Source of the DNA: an uncultured cyanobacterium
GTDB taxonomy: Bacteria; Cyanobacteriota; Cyanobacteriia; Cyanobacteriales; CAWCAG01
Reading direction: 5' to 3'
NCBI GenBank assembly: GCA_963803805.1
Contig: CAWDOD010000004.1
Coordinates: 128,001 to 192,000, forward strand
DNA length: 64,000 nucleotides
This document shows positions 19,354 to 28,745 of the stretch, in pieces. The notes below the pieces were generated by a model, which did no database searches, was not told the origin of the DNA, and saw only the letters and a program-made list of their open reading frames with translations. Position numbers and translations under genes: made by a program. How positions within the stretch are numbered: the stretch's first letter is position 1; each line of letters begins with the position of its first letter.

Positions 19354-20529
19354 TTATTGATAGTTGATTTGTATTTTGCTTGCTGCGGCTGTAGCTTTTC
19401 GCCTTGCTTCTTTCACGCTATTTCCTTTAGCTAAAGCAACTCCTAAACGACGTAAAGGGCGGGATTGTGCTTTGCCAAATAAACGTATATCTGTACCAGG
19501 TTCTGCTAAAGCTTCTGCTACGCCGTAGAAACTGATTTTCTCAGCATATTTTTCTGCTAAAATAACTGCGCTAGCTGAACTGGCTAGACAATTTATTTGA
19601 GAAATTGGCAAACCCAGGATAGCACGTAAATGTAACTCAAATTCATTAAGATTTTGAGAGATTAAAGTTACCATGCCAGTATCGTGAGGGCGAGGAGAAA
19701 GTTCTGAAAAAATTGCTTCATCTTTAGTGATAAAAAACTCAACACCGAAAATTCCTGCACCTCCTAAAGCATCTGTTACTTGAGTTGCGATCGCCTGAGC
19801 TTGAGCTAGTATTTCTGGTTTGATATTCGCCGGTTGCCAAGATTCTTGATAGTCTCCTCGCTCCTGCCGATGACCGATAGGAGGACAAAAAACCGTTAGT
19901 TTGTTCCACTGTTTAACTGTCAATAAAGTAATTTCAACTTCAAAATCAATAAACTCTTCAACAATAACTTTCCTCCCTTCCCCCCTTGCTCCTTCTAAGG
20001 CATTTTTCCAAGCAGTTTCAACTTCATCAACTGAGGTGATAATTGATTGCCCTTTTCCTGAAGAAGACATGACAGGTTTAATTACATTAGGAAAACCAAT
20101 TTTTTTACAAATGGTTAGTAACTCTTCTAAGCTAGTTGCATAATCATAATTTGCCGTTCTAACTCCTAACTTTTGGTTCGCTAATTCGCGAAGGCGATCA
20201 CGATTCATCGTATAATTAGTAGCCCCAGCAGTAGGAATAACAGTGAAACCTTGTTGTTCTAATTCAAGTAACTTTTCTGTGCGAATGGCTTCAATTTCTG
20301 GAACAATAAAATCCGGTTGATGCTTCTCAACAATTCTTGCTAACTCGTTGCCATCAAGCATAGAAATTACTTCCCAACCATCAGCAACCTGCATTGCTGG
20401 AGCATTGGCATAACTATCAACCGCCACCACAAAGTTACCTAGGCGTTGAGCGGCAATCACAAATTCTTTACCTAATTCTCCTGAACCTAAAAGGAGGAAT
20501 TTCTTGGGAAGTTGTAAAACTTTTTCCAT
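19354..20529 (-). CDS. purT: Formate-dependent GAR transformylase
   Basis: LLGSGELGKE, KPVMSSSGKGQS, ELSPRPHDTG. Confidence 0.97.
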   Translation of the reverse strand: MEKVLQLPKKFLLLGSGELGKEFVIAAQRLGNFVVAVDSYANAPAMQVADGWEVISMLDGNELARIVEKHQPDFIVPEIEAIRTEKLLELEQQGFTVIPTAGATNYTMNRDRLRELANQKLGVRTANYDYATSLEELLTICKKIGFPNVIKPVMSSSGKGQSIITSVDEVETAWKNALEGARGEGRKVIVEEFIDFEVEITLLTVKQWNKLTVFCPPIGHRQERGDYQESWQPANIKPEILAQAQAIATQVTDALGGAGIFGVEFFITKDEAIFSELSPRPHDTGMVTLISQNLNEFELHLRAILGLPISQINCLASSASAVILAEKYAEKISFYGVAEALAEPGTDIRLFGKAQSRPLRRLGVALAKGNSVKEARRKATAAASKIQINYQ

Positions 20530-20603
20530 TCACCCTTAAAAATGCTATCAAACTAGTCTATTGTAGAGCCATCTGGTAATAGTCTTTGTCAATTCTCTCT
20601 TAA

Positions 20604-20686
20604 GTAAGGGCAGGTTTATTTGGATTTAAGCAACAGCAGAGATTTAGCAGAACCCGCCCCTACAATAAATTTTGAATTTTGAATTT
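20604..20686. repeat. REP-like palindromic element, copy 2
   Basis: GTAAGGGCAGGTT...AACCCGCCCCTAC followed by TTTTGAA heptamers. Confidence 0.75.
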
Positions 20687-20715
20687 ATGCTACTCCCTGC
20701 TCCCTTCTTCACACA

Positions 20716-21864
20716 ATGACACAATACTTTGCTACAGTTGCTCGCGGTTTAGAATCAATTGCTGCTCAAGAATTAGAACATTTGGGGGCTGTGGATATTT
20801 GCCCTGATTTTACCGGGGTACATTTTAGTGGCGGTCGCGAAGCGTCTCCGGAGGAGAATCGCGCTTTACTTTACCGGGTTAATCTTTGGGCAAGAACAAT
20901 TTTTCGGGTTCTTGTTCCCATTCGGGAGTTTCCTTGTCGTGATGCAGAAATGCTTTATGAAGAAGTACAGAAAGTTCCTTGGTCAGACTATCTTAGCTCT
21001 GATAATACTTTAGCTGTAGCTTGTACTGGAAAAAATCGTCAGCTTAACCATAGCCACTTTACTGCTCTTCAGGTGAAAAACGCTATTGTCGATTTACAAC
21101 GGGAAGAAACGGGGGAACGTTCTACTGTGGAACTTGATGCGCCTGATCTGCAACTCAACATTCACATCCATAAAAACCGAGGCATCTTAAGCTTAGATAG
21201 TACTGGAGAAAGTTTACATCGTCGGGGTTATCGTTCGGCTATGGGTTTAGCCCCTTTAAAAGAAACCCTTGCTGCGGCTTTATTAATCATGTCGGAGTGG
21301 GAACCTAGTTTACCTTTTTTAGATCCCCTTTGTGGTTCTGGAACTTTACCTTTAGAAGCGGCTTTAAAAGGACTCAACATTGCTCCTGGCTTGCATCGTC
21401 AAAGGTTTGCTTTCCAAAGTTGGTTGGATTTTGATGCCTCTTTGTGGCTAAAGTTGAAAACAGAAGCAGAAAATGCTGCTTTCCCTCAACTCCTCGCCCC
21501 CATTTATGGCAGCGATCGCAATCCAGAAATTTTGGCTCAAGCCCGTAGCAATGCCAAGCGCTGTAACCTCCAACAACAAATAGAATTTGCTGTCACTGAA
21601 TTAGCCCAAGTAACTGCCCCGGCTGAGAAAGGAATTATCATCTGCAACCCTCCCTATGGTAAGCGTGTTGGGGAAGAAGAAGAGTTAGAAGCTTTATATA
21701 AATTACTTGGGGATGTTTTTAAGCAGCGTTTTAAAGGTTGGACAGCTTATGTACTAACAGGTAATAAGGAGTTAGGGAAGAAAATTGGTTTAAAGGCTTC
21801 TCGACGTATTCGCGTTAATAATGGTTCTCTCCCTTGTACTTTACTCAAGTACGAACTTTATTAG
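20716..21864 (+). CDS. THUMP-domain rRNA methyltransferase (RlmL-like)
   Basis: LHRRGYR, APLKETLAAA, DPLCGSGT, NPPYG. Confidence 0.92.
   Translation: MTQYFATVARGLESIAAQELEHLGAVDICPDFTGVHFSGGREASPEENRALLYRVNLWARTIFRVLVPIREFPCRDAEMLYEEVQKVPWSDYLSSDNTLAVACTGKNRQLNHSHFTALQVKNAIVDLQREETGERSTVELDAPDLQLNIHIHKNRGILSLDSTGESLHRRGYRSAMGLAPLKETLAAALLIMSEWEPSLPFLDPLCGSGTLPLEAALKGLNIAPGLHRQRFAFQSWLDFDASLWLKLKTEAENAAFPQLLAPIYGSDRNPEILAQARSNAKRCNLQQQIEFAVTELAQVTAPAEKGIIICNPPYGKRVGEEEELEALYKLLGDVFKQRFKGWTAYVLTGNKELGKKIGLKASRRIRVNNGSLPCTLLKYELY
20831..20862 (+). repeat. HIP1-associated small dispersed repeat, in frame inside a CDS
   Basis: GCGGTCGC-GAAGCG-TCTCC-GGA-GGAGA-ATCGC. Confidence 0.7.
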
Positions 21865-21934
21865 CTATACCCCCAGCTATTATTTACAACGCCATCAAGA
21901 AAGTACTCGTCTCTAATATCTCCTATTTCATCAA

Positions 21935-24580
21935 TTACTTTCTTCCTACTAACCAATAAGAAATCATCTCTCCCCTACCCCTAATATGAATCTTACCTCG
22001 TTTTTCCAAGCAATATTTAGTTTGTAAATGCTGATAAGTAGCTTCACTAACTTGGATGCGGCCTTTTTTTCCTTGTGTTTCTAAGCGACTCGCCACATTA
22101 ACCGCATCTCCCCAAAGATCAAAAATAAACTTCTTTGTACCAATAACTCCACCGATTACAGGCCCAGTATTAATACCAATACGTAACTGGAATAGTTTGC
22201 CATCATCATGTTTGAAACCAGCGATCGCCTCTTGCATATCCAAAGCCATTGCTGCTACTGCCTCAGCATGATCACTGCGAAATGAAGGGACACCACCTAC
22301 CACCATATACTCATCGCCAATAGTTTTAATTTTTTCTAAGCTATATTTCTCACAGAGGCGATCAAAAATAGAAAAGATTTGATTGAGTAAATCGACTAAT
22401 TCTGTGGGATGTTTCTTAGCCGCTAAGCTAGTAAAGTTAACTAAATCTGCAAACATAATTGTTGCTGCGGCAAAGCGTTCGGCAATAGGTTGTTGATTTT
22501 GTTTTAAGCGTGTTGCGATCGCTGCGGGTAGAACATTTAGTAGTAAGCGTTCAGATTTTTCTTGTTCTAAGCGCAGTTTACCTTCAAAGAGTTTGCGCTC
22601 GGTAATATCTTGAACAGAACCTTGGTAACAGAGTAAGTTACCTTGGGTATCAAAAATACTATGGACACTTTCAGAAATCCAGATAATTTTACCATCTTGA
22701 CGGCGAACTTGAGACTCAAAACCCGATACTTGTCCCTCTTGCTGCATCAATTTGATAAACTTGAAGCGTTGTTTAGGATCAACATAAATTTGTTGGGCAA
22801 TATTCTCCACATTACTAACTAATACTTCAGGAGATTCATAGCCGTAAATTTTTGCTAGGGCTGGGTTGGCGCTAATATATTTGCCGTCAGGAGTAGTTTG
22901 GAAAATACCTTCAATCGCATTATCAAAAATGCGCCGATATTTATCCTCAGCCTGTTGCATTGCTTCTTTATTTTGCTTACTTTCAGTTATATTCCTAGCA
23001 ATCCAAATAACTGTATTTTCGCTAAGGGGAGAAACTTTGGCATAGAAATGTATCTCTTGTGCTTCAATAACTTGGGAGTATTCTACAGAAACAGTTTGTT
23101 GAGTCTCCAATGCTTGTTGAATGTAGCGTAATTTAATCTCAGCGTGCTGTGGTGATAAAACTTCAAAAATATTTTTATTTAAAACTTGCTCAGCAGACTT
23201 ACTTGGGAAACCTGGGTTAGTAGGGGCAACTTTACGATAATACCCTTGGCCATCAAAAACAAAAATCAAGTCTGTCATTGCCCCAAACAAAGTTCTCAGT
23301 TCGGCTTCTGTGCGTTCTTGTTCGGCAACTTTCTTTTGCAATTCTAAGGTGGCTGCTTCTAGTTGCCGAGATTTTTGCTCCAATTGCCAGCTATATTCTA
23401 TCTCCTGAGTTAAGTCTGAAAGCATATCAATAACCACTTCTGAGGTAGGAGAATTGACTTCTTCTAGTCCCAACCAAGGCAAAGGTTTAATGAGGTTTTT
23501 GCTAGTATAAACAATCTCAAATTGCCCCGTAGATTTTACTTTGCCGATGCGACAGTTTTTCCAAACATGGTGGTTAGCTTCAACCCTCACCAACCCCCCA
23601 GGTGCAGCAAAACTCTGTCCGTAAGCCGCTATTCTTACCTGTTCTGTAGCAAAAGATTGAGCTAATTCTACTGCTTGTCGCCACAAATAAACTTGGCTGT
23701 AGGCAGCTTCAATGGGGTCACTAGTTACTGCGGTTGCATCTTGCCAGTTTTGAAAGCTTTCGACAAAGGCTTTATTGCTAGGGGTATCAAGACTTTGAAA
23801 GTATGTCCAACAAGCATAATGTCCTGCTGCTACAGCACCGATTTGTTGAAGTTCAGCTTCGGCAATGCTAACTGCCATAATCGGTATTGTTGTAGCGGGA
23901 ATTCCTGCTTGATAGTATTGCTCATAAAAGGCAATGTTGCTTGTACCATTGAGGCTATTGAAAACAACATCAGGCTGAATATTTTTGATTTCTTGAATAG
24001 TTGCCTGAAAATCTTTGCTACCCAGAGGCATATATTTTGTACCCGAAACATAACCACCTTTTTGTTTCAGTTGGGCTTCAATTATTCTATTAACGCTACG
24101 AGGAAAAACGTAGTCGGAACCGATTAAATAAAAGCGCTTTTTCTGGTTTTCTAGTAACCAATTAACTGTAGGTTGAACTTGTTGGTTAGGGCAAGATCCG
24201 GTATAAAAAATATTAGGAGAAGCTTCTAAGCCTTCATACTGAACAGGATACCAAAGTAAAGAATTTAATTCCTCAAAGATAGGTTTTACTGCCTTGCGAG
24301 TAGTAGAAGTCCAGCAACCAAAGACAGTAACTACTTGATCTTCTAAGATTAGCTTTCTAGCTTTGTGGGCAAACACTTCTGGATCAGAAGCCCCATCTTC
24401 TATAATTGGCTCAATTTGCTTGCCTAATAGGCCTCCAGCAGCGTTGATCTCGGCGATTGCCATTAATTCCGCTTCAATTAACGGGACTTCGCTAATAGCC
24501 ATTGTGCCGCATTGAGAATGTAAAATACCAACTCGCACCGTTTGCGCTTCAATATTTTCGGAGATAGGTACTGTTGGCAT
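21935..24580 (-). CDS. UrtA/AmiC-like ligand-binding domain + 2 PAS + class III adenylate cyclase
   Basis: VGILHS..GTMAISE, FGCWTS, YPVQYEG, GSDYVFPR; two PAS domains; FADLVNFT, KIKTIGDEYM, DLWGDAVNVASR. Confidence 0.92.
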   Translation of the reverse strand: MPTVPISENIEAQTVRVGILHSQCGTMAISEVPLIEAELMAIAEINAAGGLLGKQIEPIIEDGASDPEVFAHKARKLILEDQVVTVFGCWTSTTRKAVKPIFEELNSLLWYPVQYEGLEASPNIFYTGSCPNQQVQPTVNWLLENQKKRFYLIGSDYVFPRSVNRIIEAQLKQKGGYVSGTKYMPLGSKDFQATIQEIKNIQPDVVFNSLNGTSNIAFYEQYYQAGIPATTIPIMAVSIAEAELQQIGAVAAGHYACWTYFQSLDTPSNKAFVESFQNWQDATAVTSDPIEAAYSQVYLWRQAVELAQSFATEQVRIAAYGQSFAAPGGLVRVEANHHVWKNCRIGKVKSTGQFEIVYTSKNLIKPLPWLGLEEVNSPTSEVVIDMLSDLTQEIEYSWQLEQKSRQLEAATLELQKKVAEQERTEAELRTLFGAMTDLIFVFDGQGYYRKVAPTNPGFPSKSAEQVLNKNIFEVLSPQHAEIKLRYIQQALETQQTVSVEYSQVIEAQEIHFYAKVSPLSENTVIWIARNITESKQNKEAMQQAEDKYRRIFDNAIEGIFQTTPDGKYISANPALAKIYGYESPEVLVSNVENIAQQIYVDPKQRFKFIKLMQQEGQVSGFESQVRRQDGKIIWISESVHSIFDTQGNLLCYQGSVQDITERKLFEGKLRLEQEKSERLLLNVLPAAIATRLKQNQQPIAERFAAATIMFADLVNFTSLAAKKHPTELVDLLNQIFSIFDRLCEKYSLEKIKTIGDEYMVVGGVPSFRSDHAEAVAAMALDMQEAIAGFKHDDGKLFQLRIGINTGPVIGGVIGTKKFIFDLWGDAVNVASRLETQGKKGRIQVSEATYQHLQTKYCLEKRGKIHIRGRGEMISYWLVGRK

Positions 24581-24779
24581 CTCAAGGCATCCTTGGATAT
24601 AACTAGTATTTTTAGATTATGTCCCTAACGACATTTTATTCTGTCTGTTTTTATACTGTAAAATTAGTTACCATTTTGAGATCAAGTGAAAGAAATTTTT
24701 CCCCAGGAAGTTCTGAGAGGAAATTTTACTCCTAATTCCCCATCAGATTAGTTAATTAGCTATTTGACAAGTAGAATTA

Positions 24780-24852
24780 TGCCGGGAGGCGGACTTGAAC
24801 CGCCGACACGAGGATTTTCAGTCCTCTGCTCTACCACCTGAGCTATCCTGGC
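24780..24852 (-). tRNA. tRNA-Phe(GAA)
   Basis: GCCAGGATAGCTCAGGTGGTAGAGCAGAGGA-CTGAAAA-TCCTCGTGTCGGCGGTTCAAGTCCGCCTCCCGGCA. Confidence 0.97.
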
Positions 24853-25039
24853 TCGCTTTTTACAGCGCTTAATTAAGGTAACAAAATTAGTTGAACCTTG
24901 GCAAGGTATAAATCTGAATTTGGAGAGAAATTTTTGGTTGAGGGAGAAAGGAAACTCCGAAAGCTTGTAAGTCTGGGGGCAATCCATTACTGTATGTAAG
25001 TCTTTCTTCATCATTCAACTGAATAGAACATTAGCCCTA

Positions 25040-26650
25040 ATGAGGATTAGTAAATATCTCAAAGACTTTCCTAAAAGCGTTGCGATCGCCGCAGGAATTT
25101 TCTTTATTTTGACCACAACTTTTTTGTTACATCGTCACTATAGCGGCTATTTCAGCTATACAACCTACAATCAAAGCATTTTCACCCAACTGTTTTGGAA
25201 TGGAACTCAAGGCAAGATGTTCCAAAGTTCTCTTTCTTCTTCTCTCTCGGCCGCAGTAGAACTTGATGGAAACTTACCAGAAGTATTTTACTACCGCCTT
25301 GGTCAGCATTTTACCCCAGCTTTATTAGTCTGGTTGCCTTTTTACTTCCTCTACCCTTCTGCTGCCACTTTAATGGTTCTACAAGCGGCAATTATGACAG
25401 CAGGGGGAATTATGCTTTATTTTTTGGCCCGTCATTATTTAGATGAACAGAAATCAATTTTTATTGCCCTCAGCTTTTACTGTGCTAACGCTGTCATTGG
25501 TCCCACTTTGGCTAACTTCAGTGATTTTTGTCAAATTCCTTTTTATGTATTTAGCCTCTTACTCGCCCTAGAAAAACGCTACTGGTGCCTATTTGCGGGT
25601 TTATCAGCTTTACTCCTCACTGTCAGAGAAGACTCTGGTATCATTTTATTTAGTTTTGGCTTTTACTTCCTTCTGAGTAGACGCTACCCCAGAATTGGTT
25701 TAGCCCTTTGTACCTTCAGTTTTGGCTATATGTTGCTTGTCACCAATGTAATTATGCCTAGCTTTTCTGAGGATATTTCCCGACGCTTCATGATGGAACA
25801 GTTCGCTGGTTATATAGATGGAGAAAAAGCTTCAACATTGGAAGTTATTGGCGGCATAATTAGCAAACCACAACTGTTATTCCAGGAACTTTTTAGCCCA
25901 TTACCTCAATTACTACGCTATCTTAGTGGGCATTGGCTTCCCTTGGCATATATCCCGGCAATTTCCCCTGCTGCTTGGTTAACAACAGCTTTCCCCTTAC
26001 TTACCCTGCTGCTACGCCAAGATATGTGGGCTTTCTCTATTAATATGCGCTTCGTTTTAGCCGTAGTACCAGGAATATTTTATGGTGCAGTTATTTGGTG
26101 GTCTAATCATCCTGGGGCTTTAAAACTCAGATTTCGCCGCATTTGGATTTTATGCCTCTGTTTATCGTTATTTTTCACCTTCACCTCCAATCCCCATCGG
26201 GCTTGGTCTTTTATTATCCCTGATTCTATTGATCCTTTGGTTTATGTCTCTGTACCCCAGCAATGGCAGCATATGAGGCATTTAAACTCCCTAGAAAAGC
26301 AGATTCCCTCAGATGCTAGTGTTGCTGCCACAACGCAAATTTTGCCCCACCTAGCTACTCGCCGCCAACTCCTCCCTTTTCCCCGACTGCAACTAATCAA
26401 TGATGCTAAAGAAACTGTTGATGTAGATTATGCGATCGCTGATTTATGGCAATTTCAACAATACCAAGCTGCTTTTGATGACAATCGCTTGAAACTGCAA
26501 GAATTAGTACCCATAATTGAGGGAATATTAGCCCAAGGTAATTATGGTTTAATTGCTTGTGAAGATGGAGTCGTTTTGCTACAAAAAGGAGCAGAATCTC
26601 AGGCTGAGGCTTTAGTAAATTGGCAGGATTTTTTGCAAAATCTACAGTAA
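25040..26650 (+). CDS. DUF2079-like polytopic membrane protein (GT-C-like)
   Basis: Many TM helices; LGQHFTP, VREDSG, PHLATRR. Confidence 0.8.
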   Translation: MRISKYLKDFPKSVAIAAGIFFILTTTFLLHRHYSGYFSYTTYNQSIFTQLFWNGTQGKMFQSSLSSSLSAAVELDGNLPEVFYYRLGQHFTPALLVWLPFYFLYPSAATLMVLQAAIMTAGGIMLYFLARHYLDEQKSIFIALSFYCANAVIGPTLANFSDFCQIPFYVFSLLLALEKRYWCLFAGLSALLLTVREDSGIILFSFGFYFLLSRRYPRIGLALCTFSFGYMLLVTNVIMPSFSEDISRRFMMEQFAGYIDGEKASTLEVIGGIISKPQLLFQELFSPLPQLLRYLSGHWLPLAYIPAISPAAWLTTAFPLLTLLLRQDMWAFSINMRFVLAVVPGIFYGAVIWWSNHPGALKLRFRRIWILCLCLSLFFTFTSNPHRAWSFIIPDSIDPLVYVSVPQQWQHMRHLNSLEKQIPSDASVAATTQILPHLATRRQLLPFPRLQLINDAKETVDVDYAIADLWQFQQYQAAFDDNRLKLQELVPIIEGILAQGNYGLIACEDGVVLLQKGAESQAEALVNWQDFLQNLQ

Positions 26651-26714
26651 TTAAGCAAAATCAACAATATATCCCGTAGATTTTGTATAACCTATGCTGC
26701 TGAATATTAATTTA

Positions 26715-27398
26715 TTATTCTTGAGATTGAACTTGATTGCAAAAATCAATAAAATCCTGAAAACTTTTTAAATGTTGAGGTTGATTTTCCACCCTTTTAA
26801 TTAATTGCTTTAAATAGTGAGATTCTTGAGAGTCACCGGGAGATTTTTTTGTGTATCTAATATTTCTAGCTGCAAAAATTGCCTTTAAATATAACTCATG
26901 GAAATCAGCATGATTATAATCATCGCTATAATTACCCATTAACTCTGGATCGCTGATTGAAACATCATAGTAGTTGACATATTCCTTTAAAGGTTCCTGT
27001 AAAGATTGTCGAGAATCGAATATTTTCCTGTTGCCAAGCAGCCAAGTTTCAATACATCTATTTTGAATAATAGGAACAAGTTTAGTTTTGCCTAATTCTA
27101 AATTGTTTTCCCTAACAAAGTCTTTAATTTCCTGCTTTCTATCTTCTACTGTATCTTCATCTGCATCTACACAAACTACTAAATAATCGTATTTGCCTAT
27201 CTCTTGTATTTTTCCAACTGCACCACGAATGTGATTGAAAATATTAGGATAACCATAACCACTCATGATCACATAGTTGTTTTTATCTACTTGATTATAA
27301 AGTTGTACTCTTTCTATTTCAGGTAAAAGAATTTTAAGCCAAGCTGGATAAAGTTTCTTTTCTGTACTTCTTCCTTCCACAAGAAAATAAATATTCAT
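26715..27398 (-). CDS. TOPRIM-like (RloB-like) putative nuclease
   Basis: FLVEGRSTE, CVDADE, NRCIETWLL; start overlaps the upstream stop (TAATG). Confidence 0.65.
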   Translation of the reverse strand: MNIYFLVEGRSTEKKLYPAWLKILLPEIERVQLYNQVDKNNYVIMSGYGYPNIFNHIRGAVGKIQEIGKYDYLVVCVDADEDTVEDRKQEIKDFVRENNLELGKTKLVPIIQNRCIETWLLGNRKIFDSRQSLQEPLKEYVNYYDVSISDPELMGNYSDDYNHADFHELYLKAIFAARNIRYTKKSPGDSQESHYLKQLIKRVENQPQHLKSFQDFIDFCNQVQSQE

Positions 27399-28552
27399 TA
27401 TATTGCTATACTTTCATTTTCCTCATCTAAGATATTTATTAAATCGATGAAAGCTTTTTGACGAGATTTAGCAATGCCTATTTCTTCAGGATTTTTAACT
27501 GTTACTAAGTTGCCTTTCCTGGTAACAATTTTCCAATGCTTAGTACTGATGTTATTAATTACATAAGGATGATGACTGGTAATAATAATTTGTATATTTT
27601 TGCTTCCTGATAATAAATCCTCTGTCACCGCATCAATACAGTTCACTCCTAAACTATTTTCAAATTCATCAATTAAGATAACGCTTCCTTCTGGGGATAA
27701 ATAAAGTTGGCTTATGTACATCAAGGCTTTAAACATACCAGATGACATTCTGGATTGTGGTATCCATTCTGCAATACCTCTTTCTTTAATACTTACCATA
27801 GTGAAATCTTTAGCTAAATTAGTAATATTTATAGGAACATCACTTTTGCTTACAGGTTCCAATCTTAAATCTTCTACTAAAGGAAAGATAGATAAAAAGC
27901 TTTGCTTTATCTTGTCGAAAATTTTGTACTTGTCATATCGATAAGCTATTGATAACTTCACTGGCAAAATGAAATTGCTGTTTTTTAAAAATTGCAAATC
28001 TGCATTTTCGTATTTCCTCCAAGTAGATATATCTATTCCATACACTTTGTCATAAAAATAATCTGGATTACAAAAAAGTATTGTGTTTAGTTCTCTTTGT
28101 ACAGGAGCAACATCTTCTTCTTGATTTAATAAATCTGTAATACTCTGATCTAGTGGTAATTTAGGAGTTTTGATTCCTTTAAACTTAATTTGACTTGGAG
28201 TCCTTTTAACAATTTTGTTTTTACCTTTAAATAGTTCTTCATTTAAAATATTAAACTTTTCCTTTTCCTCTTGTTCAGACTGATTATTTGTAAGTACATC
28301 TGCTTTTCTTGTTTCAAACTCACCAGACCATTTGTAATCATCTCCCTCTTGGGTTGAAAAACTTAGCTCCCACTTAACTCCATTGAAAGAGCCACCATTG
28401 GCAATTTCTCTAAGATTAGCGATAGATTTTAATATTTGAGTTTTACCTGCCCCAGATACTCCAACAAGCAAAGTTAAATTAGAAGTTATTTCTAAAGACT
28501 CAAGTTGCCAGTTATATTCTTGATCACAGTACTTAATAGTATGAATTTTCAT
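27398..28552 (-). CDS. ABC-type (AAA_21-like) ATPase
   Basis: GVSGAGKT, MSSGM, ILIDEFENSL, TSHHP; no TM segments. Confidence 0.9.
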   Translation of the reverse strand: MKIHTIKYCDQEYNWQLESLEITSNLTLLVGVSGAGKTQILKSIANLREIANGGSFNGVKWELSFSTQEGDDYKWSGEFETRKADVLTNNQSEQEEKEKFNILNEELFKGKNKIVKRTPSQIKFKGIKTPKLPLDQSITDLLNQEEDVAPVQRELNTILFCNPDYFYDKVYGIDISTWRKYENADLQFLKNSNFILPVKLSIAYRYDKYKIFDKIKQSFLSIFPLVEDLRLEPVSKSDVPINITNLAKDFTMVSIKERGIAEWIPQSRMSSGMFKALMYISQLYLSPEGSVILIDEFENSLGVNCIDAVTEDLLSGSKNIQIIITSHHPYVINNISTKHWKIVTRKGNLVTVKNPEEIGIAKSRQKAFIDLINILDEENESIAI

Positions 28553-28593
28553 ATTTTTATCCTGCTAAACTTTTGGCAATATTTACAGTTTTG

Positions 28594-28743
28594 GTAGGGT
28601 GGGCAAGTGAATTTAAAACTATCACTAACAAACTTCTACTTGCTTGCCCACCATGATTAGTTGCAGGTTGCCCAGATTTTGGTGGGCAAAAATAGCATGG
28701 TTTTCCTCAAACTCAATCTGTAATTGCCTTTTGCCCACTTTAC
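28594..28743. repeat. Composite REP-like element (two GGTGGGCA/TGCCCAC hairpins)
   Basis: GTAGGGTGGGCAAG...CTTGCCCACC then GGTGGGCAAAA...TTTTGCCCACTTTAC. Confidence 0.7.
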
Positions 28744-28745
28744 TT

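Noticed and set aside
13864..24852. Genomic island integrated at tRNA-Ser or tRNA-Phe
   Set aside because: No integrase and no duplicated tRNA 3' end seen; intervening genes are ordinary chromosomal genes
24760..25014. 84-aa minus-strand ORF
   Set aside because: Reads through tRNA-Phe on the same strand; spurious
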